Source: a virus
Length of the DNA: 64,000 nt
IMG/VR virus record: IMGVR_UViG_3300045973_000529
Location: 126,500 to 190,499 of that record
Strand: one strand, 5' to 3'
Below the pieces are notes generated by a model. It did not search any database and was not told the DNA's origin. It saw nothing but the letters and a program-made list of their open reading frames with translations. Positions 47,728 through 54,901 of this stretch are shown piece after piece. Position 1 is the stretch's first letter, and every line of letters starts with the position of its first letter. Position numbers and translations under genes: made by a program.

Positions 47728-48800
47728 TCCTTCAGTTCTTCGTAGAGTTCAACCAGCACGTTCGGATCGATCGTGGCTGTGGGGGTAACACCTTCATGGA
47801 TCAGCTTCCGAACCGTGTTGTCAAGTGACGACAGGTCCAGCTCAAGCTCATCGTCCATACCAGCCGCGATAGCATCCTTCTTCGACTGAGCGTCCTCTTC
47901 GACCGAGAACTCACGCAGGTTGTAGGCAGCCATCATCTCTTCGCGTAGTGCCTGAACCTCTGAGTACCCCACATCGACATCAAGCACGCAGCGAACTCGG
48001 CCACGATCAACGAAGGTCGCTTCACCAGCGAGGACTCGTGACAGTCGTGTCTTGTAGAACAGTGGCGCGTTCTCGTAGTCGTAGAACTCCAGCTCCTCAG
48101 TGTCAGCCTGTAGGATTGCACAGCCACGCTGGGTGTCATCAGCATCGCCGTACGATGTCGGAAACGTGTTCCCGATGTACACCACGTTCTTGTTCGTCTG
48201 ACGCTTGTGGAAGTGCCCAGACAGCAGGTACTTCGGACCAGAGAAGGCGCTGGCATCTGGGCCATGCTCAAGCATTCGGTCAGCGCCAGTGACGACGAAG
48301 TCACGGAACTCGAAGTGACCAAGCACGTACTTGTGCTTGTTGATGTCAGCCACGAGAGTCGGGTACTCGTCCTTGAACAGGAATGGCGTAGCAAACAGCT
48401 CAGGTGTCAGCTGCATTGGTTCACTGATGACCACGAAGTTCTCCAGATCGGTGAACTGGTTCGTGGAGTACACAGCCCGATTCGATCGGTGGTACAGATC
48501 GTGATTGCCAACGAGGAAGTAGATTGGCAGTCCGAGAGCGTTCAAACGGCGAGCACCCTCTTGTGAGTACTGCAACGTGCGTACGTTGATCGCATTCCTG
48601 TTCTCGAACCAGTCGCCGAGGAACGCGATGTGCGTCGCCTTCTCTTCCTTCACCACGGCGCAGAACCAGTCGATGTAATCAAGGCAGTCCTGGAGATGCT
48701 GATCTGAATTTGAGCGTGCACCCCAGTGAATGTCCGTGAACATCGCGAGCCGCATGGGGTCTTTGCGAGACGATAGGGTCATTGGTTTCCTTTGCAGCAT
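47724..48800 (-). CDS. gp47: recombination nuclease, SbcD/Mre11-like (T4 gp47)
   Basis: DIHWG, LGDWF, GNHD, SGHFH. The start may be ATG 48783, which has SD AAAGGA. Confidence 0.92.
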   Translation of the reverse strand: MLQRKPMTLSSRKDPMRLAMFTDIHWGARSNSDQHLQDCLDYIDWFCAVVKEEKATHIAFLGDWFENRNAINVRTLQYSQEGARRLNALGLPIYFLVGNHDLYHRSNRAVYSTNQFTDLENFVVISEPMQLTPELFATPFLFKDEYPTLVADINKHKYVLGHFEFRDFVVTGADRMLEHGPDASAFSGPKYLLSGHFHKRQTNKNVVYIGNTFPTSYGDADDTQRGCAILQADTEELEFYDYENAPLFYKTRLSRVLAGEATFVDRGRVRCVLDVDVGYSEVQALREEMMAAYNLREFSVEEDAQSKKDAIAAGMDDELELDLSSLDNTVRKLIHEGVTPTATIDPNVLVELYEELKE

Positions 48801-48934
48801 ACCGTAGACTGTAACATTTGGCTGTTACAATTTACACGAGCATGGTGATCGGGATATCGTCAACCCCGGCTATGTAGCCTAGGTAACATAGAGGATGGGT
48901 GCGGTTTATGTACAGCACTGTACTGACGGACACC

Positions 48935-48940
48935 TAAATA
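48935..48940 (+). promoter_or_regulatory. late promoter core TAAATA
   Basis: Upstream of the 50-aa ORF at 49066. Confidence 0.6.
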
Positions 48941-49065
48941 TCCTGAGTGGAGAAAGCAGAAAGCTTGATCTGCGTCAAAAACCGCCACAGTTTTTTGGCA
49001 CTCAACTGGTCTGATTACCATTCCTGGCCAGCTCATTAGGTTGAATCGCACCCTGGGAAAACACT

Positions 49066-49218
49066 ATGCAGTACTCCACTCCGACCGCCGCGAACATTTT
49101 AGCATTAGCCGATGCCATGGCGGCCGCGGCCGCCATGTTCGCAACAGGCAGCTATGATCAGTTCATCAATGCAAGAGCAGAGCTCCTAAAGCTCCTCGAG
49201 GCGTTGACAGCACATTGA
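49066..49218 (+). CDS. 50-aa helical protein (not in track)
   Basis: MQYSTPTAANILALADAMAAAAAMFATGSYDQFINARAELLKLLEALTAH. Confidence 0.55.
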   Translation: MQYSTPTAANILALADAMAAAAAMFATGSYDQFINARAELLKLLEALTAH

Positions 49219-49229
49219 GAAGCCATTCA

Positions 49230-49235
49230 TAAATA
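49230..49235 (+). promoter_or_regulatory. late promoter core TAAATA
   Basis: Upstream of the coiled-coil/collagen operon. Confidence 0.65.
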
Positions 49236-49343
49236 GCTCATGACGGTTCCAAAGAGAACCGCACAAGGATTGTGGGAACCCACCCGCAACGGTAACGGCG
49301 ACGTATCACCGCTAGTCACGCGAGTGCACACAGGTCGACCGGT

Positions 49344-50381
49344 ATGATGATCCCAGGAAACCCCAATGAACAGCCAGATGTGCCTGACCCGTTTCAGGCT
49401 CCTGTGGTTGTGCCACCTGTACAGCCGCCAGTGCCACAAGCACCAGTGGCTGTAACGCCGGTGCCTTTGGCGCCTGAGGTGGTTATGGTATCCCCGATGA
49501 TTGTTCCAGTCGAAATCGAAACAACAAGCAATAAGGTCGCAACTTTGGCCGAAATTGCGGATTCTCTTAAGGAAACAATCATGGCAGACATCGTCACCGG
49601 CACCGTTACGGGCCAACTCGACACCACCGGTCTCACCCAAGACCACGCAGACATCCGTCGCGAGAACGCTCAATCTGAAGCGAACACGCGCCGCGACGTC
49701 GCCTTCGAAGGCGGTCAGAACCGCGCAACTACGCTCTCCGCAAGCGGTGACGCTCGTCGTGAGCAAGCAGAGATCGGCGCCGCAGGTGCCTATCAAAACG
49801 CTACGCAGCACGGCGGCATCGTCGACGCTGTGAAGACGTCCGGTTGGGCAAACTCGGACCGCACTGGCACCGAAGCTGACCGCGTCGTCGGTCAAAGCAC
49901 CGCCTACTTCATCGCTCAACAGCAGAACGACTTCAGCAACGCTACAGCCGTAGCTGCGCTGAAGGCCGGTGCTGACATGCAGTTCGCGAACACCATGGCA
50001 GCTATTGCCGCTGCCGCCCAAAGCGGTCAGGCAGCGACGGCTCTCGAAGGTGCGAAGACCGCTGCAGCTGCAGCTCTCGGCCAAGCCATGATCGGCCAGC
50101 AGATCGTTGCTGACGGCATGTCCACGCGTGCCCTCATCAACGAGCTCAAGATGGACACACTCAACCGTGAACTCATCGAGCGTAATGCTGCTCTCGTCGA
50201 ATGCCGCAGCAACGGCAGCTACTGGCAACAGGCTCATGGCCAGTCGCAGTTCGCTCAGCTGAACTCGCAACTGCAAGCCTTCCAGAGCCAGCTTCAAGAG
50301 ACCCGCCAAGGTCTGGTGAACTTCGGCACAATGTCTGGTGGTGCAGGTCAACAGACCTCGACCAGCAACAACGTCCGCTAA
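49344..50381 (+). CDS. Ala/Gln-rich coiled-coil protein; strong internal start at 49581
   Basis: SD AAGGA before ATG 49581 (MADIVTG); Pro/Val-rich in-frame extension from 49344. Confidence 0.7.
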   Translation: MMIPGNPNEQPDVPDPFQAPVVVPPVQPPVPQAPVAVTPVPLAPEVVMVSPMIVPVEIETTSNKVATLAEIADSLKETIMADIVTGTVTGQLDTTGLTQDHADIRRENAQSEANTRRDVAFEGGQNRATTLSASGDARREQAEIGAAGAYQNATQHGGIVDAVKTSGWANSDRTGTEADRVVGQSTAYFIAQQQNDFSNATAVAALKAGADMQFANTMAAIAAAAQSGQAATALEGAKTAAAAALGQAMIGQQIVADGMSTRALINELKMDTLNRELIERNAALVECRSNGSYWQQAHGQSQFAQLNSQLQAFQSQLQETRQGLVNFGTMSGGAGQQTSTSNNVR

Positions 50382-50431
50382 GTGAGTAGTGGGTGGGCAG
50401 CAATGCTCACCCACCTTCGAAAGGACAGATC

Positions 50432-51307
50432 ATGGCGCTGAATTCAACTGAACGCGAGTTGATTGAACTCAACACGCAACTGCAGCAACTTAAGCTGACG
50501 ACTGGTCCGCTCTTTCCAGTGGAAGCTGCAGCGATTCAAGCGGCGCAGGCAGCTCAGGCGCAAGTTACAAGTGTAGGTGTGAGCGGTGGCGCTGGTGATG
50601 ACATCATCAATGTCGAGGTGAACACCACCAGTTGTGATTGCCCTCCAGGGCCACCTGGCCCTGTGGGACCGCCAGGTCCCATTGGTCCACAAGGTGAACC
50701 AGGTCCACAGGGGTCTTTCGGGCCGCAAGGTCCTATTGGCCCGCAGGGAGTACCAGGCCTAGTTGGCCCACAGGGCGAACCAGGTCCGATTGGACCTGCA
50801 GGTCCAATCGGACCTGCAGGTCCGCAGGGTGAACAAGGCATTGCCGGACCGGCGGGTCTTACTGGTCCGCAAGGTGTGCCAGGGCCAACCGGCCTGGCAG
50901 GTCCAACAGGTCCAACTGGACCTGCGGGTCCGCAAGGTGTACCAGGTCCAGTAGGTCCGACAGGACCCACAGGTCCACAAGGGCCTCCTGGTGAATGTGA
51001 TTGCGACGACCACAGCGATGACCGCATTGCGCGTCATGCAATCGTGGTTACAGCTGACTATGTGGTCACTGAAGGTGACTACTACGTCGGAGTATCATCA
51101 AAGGGGCCGGTGACCGTCAAACTACCAGCACCCACACACGGCCGGCAGATTGTGGTGAAGCTCGAGATGCCAGCACCTATCGGTACACGGAAGGTCACTG
51201 TTGACGGAGATGGCGCGCTGATTGACGACAGCGCAACAGTCGTGCTAAAGAATCCGTATGATTCACTTTGGGTGATTGCACGCGACGACAACTGGCACAT
51301 TCTTTGA
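50432..51307 (+). CDS. collagen-like fibre protein
   Basis: Long uninterrupted Gly-X-Y run flanked by CDC motifs, C-terminal beta domain; start re-called at 50432 (SD AAAGGA). Confidence 0.85.
   Translation: MALNSTERELIELNTQLQQLKLTTGPLFPVEAAAIQAAQAAQAQVTSVGVSGGAGDDIINVEVNTTSCDCPPGPPGPVGPPGPIGPQGEPGPQGSFGPQGPIGPQGVPGLVGPQGEPGPIGPAGPIGPAGPQGEQGIAGPAGLTGPQGVPGPTGLAGPTGPTGPAGPQGVPGPVGPTGPTGPQGPPGECDCDDHSDDRIARHAIVVTADYVVTEGDYYVGVSSKGPVTVKLPAPTHGRQIVVKLEMPAPIGTRKVTVDGDGALIDDSATVVLKNPYDSLWVIARDDNWHIL
50640..50993 (+). repeat. 9-bp-period Gly-X-Y coding repeats
   Basis: GPxGPx pattern. Confidence 0.85.
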
Positions 51308-51412
51308 CAGCCGTAACCTGAGGGGTTACCATGGTAGAGCGATCAGAGTTGAAGCTACCCAAGAAGGCTCGAAACACACCTCGTAAAATTCGTGTTGTTT
51401 TAGTCTCACAGA

Positions 51413-51437
51413 AGAGTCTGCAGTTGCTGCAGACTCT
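51413..51437. terminator. hairpin between convergent genes
   Basis: AGAGTCTGCAG-TTG-CTGCAGACTCT. Confidence 0.65.
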
Positions 51438-51464
51438 CATCAAGCGCGTTCTTTCGCGCTGACT

Positions 51465-51959
51465 TTAGTCCTCGGACCCACCACCTGTGAAGGCCGTGTC
51501 GTCCGAGGTCTTTCCGCTTGTGCCATGCTTTGCTTGGTAGTTGAACGACGGTGATGCACCCGCCTCAATCAAGAGCTCATCGCGAATGTCGCGTTCCTTG
51601 CGCTCCGCATCCAGGTACGACAGGAACGACCGATAGCAGGCCGTGGTGTAGTAGCTGAATGGGTTCGGATTCTCCTGCTTCTCAGGATTGAACTTGTGCC
51701 AGTTCGCGCAGAGATTCACAACAGCAGTGCAGACCATGTCTTCACGGAACGAATACCCAGCAAACCAAGGGTGGTAGCTGTACTTCTCGGCGACCATCAT
51801 GAGATACTTTGCCATACGATCAGTGAGCTTGCCTGCCGCCTTCGCTTCGTGGAAGGCCTCGAGTAGCTGAGCATTCGTGACATAGTGCCCCTTGGTGGAG
51901 GTTGCACGCTCCTTCTTGATGGGCTTGAGCTTTGTTGGGGTAGGAGTTGTTGCCGTCAT
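51465..51959 (-). CDS. gp55: late-transcription sigma factor (T4 gp55-like)
   Basis: HYVTNAQL...YSFREDM...FNPEK...NPFSYYT; start re-called at ATG 51959 (SD GAGG). Confidence 0.9.
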   Translation of the reverse strand: MTATTPTPTKLKPIKKERATSTKGHYVTNAQLLEAFHEAKAAGKLTDRMAKYLMMVAEKYSYHPWFAGYSFREDMVCTAVVNLCANWHKFNPEKQENPNPFSYYTTACYRSFLSYLDAERKERDIRDELLIEAGASPSFNYQAKHGTSGKTSDDTAFTGGGSED

Positions 51960-51997
51960 GGGGACCTCGTGGAGGTGTGGTTGAACGGCATGAATGC

Positions 51998-52026
51998 ATT
52001 CTATCAATCTCGACACCTGGGTACAG
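51998..52026 (-). promoter_or_regulatory. promoter CTGTAC-N17-TAGAAT (extended TG) for gp55
   Basis: Same class as the GTGTAC promoters; a second TGGTAGAAT lies at 52062-52070. Confidence 0.7.
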
Positions 52027-52116
52027 CGACGCCCGGGTTGAACGACCACGGTCTCGCAGCTATTCTACCATGTTCCCGGGACGTGGGTTGGTATTTCCGG
52101 CGTTGTAGTACAGTTC

Positions 52117-52122
52117 TAAATA
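52117..52122 (+). promoter_or_regulatory. late promoter core TAAATA
   Basis: Heads the baseplate operon. Confidence 0.75.
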
Positions 52123-52147
52123 CGACCTACAAGGGATCCAGGGCACC

Positions 52148-52834
52148 ATGAGCGAAGAAACACGCACCGTCGGACAGCAATCAAAGCGCGCGGCTGTCAT
52201 CGTCGGCCGGTTCAATCCACCCACGATCGGACACTACGCAGTGATGGCCGCTGTGAAGAAGTTCATCAAGAGTCATCCAGATCTGAAGTTGGAAGCCGTA
52301 CCTATCGTGGTTGTTGTTGAGGGTGAAAAGACCAGCAAGGACAAGAACCGGAATCCACTGACGGGAGATGATCGCATTGCCTTCATGTCGGCTTCAGGCA
52401 AAGCCGATGGCATCAAGTTCCTGAAGGCTGGTTCAGCCATGGACGCGTTCCATGCCGTGCGTCGTGCAGGCTTTGAACCGATCGCCGTGGCTGGAGGTTC
52501 TGATCGTGCAGAGAACTATTTGAGCATGCTCGACAAGTACTTCAAGACGGACGGCGGCAAGGACATCAAGCACTTCAAGATCTCGTTGGCACGTGAAGGC
52601 AGTGGTGAACCAACGAACGAAGGACTCGACAAGGATGCTGCGTTGGGTGACATTCTGAAGTACACTGACGCGGACCTGCCAATCTCGATGGTGTCAGCCT
52701 CGCTGGCTCGACTTGCCGTGAAGAAGGGTGAACGACAGAAGTTCGCCATCATCGTTGGATTGACAGACAAGCCGGATCTGGCGAACAAGATGTTCGACAA
52801 GATCAAGGCCGCAATGGAGACGCAGGATGCCTGA
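52148..52834 (+). CDS. HxGH-type nucleotidyltransferase (cytidylyltransferase-like)
   Basis: GRFNPPTIGH, GGSDR, VSAS.AR. Confidence 0.85.
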   Translation: MSEETRTVGQQSKRAAVIVGRFNPPTIGHYAVMAAVKKFIKSHPDLKLEAVPIVVVVEGEKTSKDKNRNPLTGDDRIAFMSASGKADGIKFLKAGSAMDAFHAVRRAGFEPIAVAGGSDRAENYLSMLDKYFKTDGGKDIKHFKISLAREGSGEPTNEGLDKDAALGDILKYTDADLPISMVSASLARLAVKKGERQKFAIIVGLTDKPDLANKMFDKIKAAMETQDA

Positions 52835-54530
52835 TCTTGGAAGTACATTCGGCGAGTCGTTGCCGTCGACCACTGGCTCGGGGAGCGTTGAGACACCGGA
52901 GCAAAAGGCAAGGAACGACCAGGCCTACATCGATGGAGTCAAGGCGGGTTACCAGATGCCGATCCCATCGGTCGGTGAGTTCGTCACCGGTTTTTCGGAT
53001 CTTGGCAAAGACGCGATGAACTATGGCATGGCCAGCGGCGGTAAGTTGCTGCAAGAAGGCTGGACCAAAGTCACTGACACGCTGGGTTCGCTGAATCCGT
53101 TCAAGAAGGCGGCTGTTGCGGTGCCGCTTGCGCCGAGCACACTCCCAAAGGAAGCGCTTGGCACTGCTGGCGCCATCAAAACTAGCACCCAATCAGTCGA
53201 TGCTACTGATGACAGCACCACTCACAAGGTCAAACTTGTTGCCTCGGAGCAGGACAGTCTTGGTGACACCTTCGTGAACACGGTGAACTATGTCACTGAT
53301 CCACTTGCATACAAGCAGATCGAGTTCGACATCATGCCTGACGTGCAAGAGCAACGCACCGTTGAGTACGAGCCAATCTCCACGCCACAGATGCCGACTG
53401 AGTTCCAGAAGTACAAGGGCACGAAGGCGGTCACGTGGCAGATCACCGGAGTCTTTGCTTGCCGGACACGCGATGAAGCGCGTCGGAACTTGATGTACAT
53501 CAACAACCTCCGGTCCTGGTCAATGCCGTACTTTGGCAAAGAGCAGCGTGGCGACAAGCTTGGTGCTCCACCGCCGGTGCTCAAGTTCTCCGGTTGGCGC
53601 GGGTTGGTTGGTGAAGTTCCAGTTGTGATGACGACTGCGAACTGGCAGTGGCCGAAGGACTGCGACTGGATTCCAACTGGAGTCTTCGATGAAGATGGCA
53701 AGGAGATCCCATTCCCGACTGTCTTGAACGTGAACATCAGCGTGACTGAGTCGTTTTCCCCTGAGCAAGTGAATGACTTCGATTTGGATGCGTTCCGCCG
53801 CGGTCGTATGGTGAATGCCTGGCTGGCTGCTGATGAGCAGCCGCACACGTACTTCGCATCTCACCCAATGCGCGACAATGGTGGTAATCAAGCAGTTGCA
53901 AACGGCACGGCGATGCCACAGGCAGATGGTTCAGCTGTCGCTAAGAAGCCATCATCCGCTGGGCTGTTGGACAAGGCGAAGGGCGCAGTTGCAGCTGGAC
54001 TGGGTGCACTCACAAGCGGCAAGGGACTGGCTGCAGCTGGTACTGCGGCTTTGGGGGCAGTGGCCGGCTCAGTTAGCAGTGGCTTGAGCAGCGCGATCGC
54101 TGGCGCAGCTGATCAAGTGAAAGCGTACCTTCCCAGCGCCTCGCCGGCAGTTCAAGCAGCCAACGTCAACGCATCTGGCAATGCACCGAGTGAAGCCGCT
54201 AGCACTGAGGCTGTGATTGCTCAAACAGCTCCTGCGCCAGCCGCCGCGGTACCAAATACGGCAGCCATCAGCGCAGCGCTCGTTGCAGCTGAAGCTAAGC
54301 GAACTGAGTACTTCAATGCAGCCGCAGCCGCGACGCAAACCATGAACGACCAGAAGCTCGCCGTATTCTCGGCGCGGCAGGCTGGCGATACGAAGGCGCA
54401 GTTGACAGCACAGAAGGCAGTGAACAATGCACGAGCTGAAGCTGAGAAGAACACTGGTCTGTACGAAGGAGTGGATGATGAGATCACCAAGCTCCAGGCA
54501 CAGCTCGTAGCCGCTCAAGGAGCCGCATAA
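52827..54530 (+). CDS. baseplate/tail-tube initiator-like protein (gp48/54-like) with Ala-rich extension
   Basis: F...P.V.E.R.V.Y ... LGAPPPVLKFSG ... FPTVLNVNISVTE; position in the baseplate operon. Confidence 0.6.
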   Translation: MPDLGSTFGESLPSTTGSGSVETPEQKARNDQAYIDGVKAGYQMPIPSVGEFVTGFSDLGKDAMNYGMASGGKLLQEGWTKVTDTLGSLNPFKKAAVAVPLAPSTLPKEALGTAGAIKTSTQSVDATDDSTTHKVKLVASEQDSLGDTFVNTVNYVTDPLAYKQIEFDIMPDVQEQRTVEYEPISTPQMPTEFQKYKGTKAVTWQITGVFACRTRDEARRNLMYINNLRSWSMPYFGKEQRGDKLGAPPPVLKFSGWRGLVGEVPVVMTTANWQWPKDCDWIPTGVFDEDGKEIPFPTVLNVNISVTESFSPEQVNDFDLDAFRRGRMVNAWLAADEQPHTYFASHPMRDNGGNQAVANGTAMPQADGSAVAKKPSSAGLLDKAKGAVAAGLGALTSGKGLAAAGTAALGAVAGSVSSGLSSAIAGAADQVKAYLPSASPAVQAANVNASGNAPSEAASTEAVIAQTAPAPAAAVPNTAAISAALVAAEAKRTEYFNAAAAATQTMNDQKLAVFSARQAGDTKAQLTAQKAVNNARAEAEKNTGLYEGVDDEITKLQAQLVAAQGAA

Positions 54531-54901
54531 TGGAAACGAACTCGACTCTCGTTCAGCGTTCGCGCTATGTCGCTGGTGGCGTTACCGAGGTGAATCGCTC
54601 AGCACTAGAGTGGTGGGAGCGCTCAAACTTCCAGGCTGACGATACCGATCGATTCTACGCAGTCGAGGACAAGTTCGCTGGTCGACTTGATCTGATTGCG
54701 CAGCTGTTCCTTGAGGACACTCGGTTGTGGTGGTTCATTGCCCAGTTCAACGCGATCCTTGACCCGTTCACGGAGATCTTTGGCGGTCGGATCCTGCGGA
54801 TTCCAACCAAAGAGCGCGTTCAAGCAATGCTGACTGGCAAGCTTGGTGGCATTCCGAGTGCCCGTGAAGTTCCACTTGACAAGATCACCCCCATCGTATG
54901 A
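54530..54901 (+). CDS. baseplate wedge protein (gp53-like, LysM-like)
   Basis: GRLDLIAQLF...LWWFIAQFNAILDPF...G.ILRIP. Confidence 0.75.
   Translation: METNSTLVQRSRYVAGGVTEVNRSALEWWERSNFQADDTDRFYAVEDKFAGRLDLIAQLFLEDTRLWWFIAQFNAILDPFTEIFGGRILRIPTKERVQAMLTGKLGGIPSAREVPLDKITPIV

Noticed and set aside
48800-49343. tRNA gene or replication origin in the low-coding region
   Set aside because: No cloverleaf, T-loop consensus or iteron array was visible.
49227-50414. 395-aa antisense ORF
   Set aside because: Shadow of the coiled-coil gene, which has the SD and late promoters.
50640-50993. Periodic repeats as a possible CRISPR array or VNTR
   Set aside because: 9-bp-period degenerate Gly-X-Y codons, with no constant repeat-spacer structure.
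51313-51335. GGGGTTACCATGG resembling the 3' end of a c-di-GMP-I riboswitch
   Set aside because: The upstream GEMM elements (GGCAAA, GNRA stem and receptor) are absent; it is a simple GTAACC/GGTTAC hairpin.
51331-51462. 43-aa ORF (MVERSELK...) with a GAGGGG SD
   Set aside because: It runs through the convergent terminator hairpin and has no other support. Not excluded, but too weak to list.
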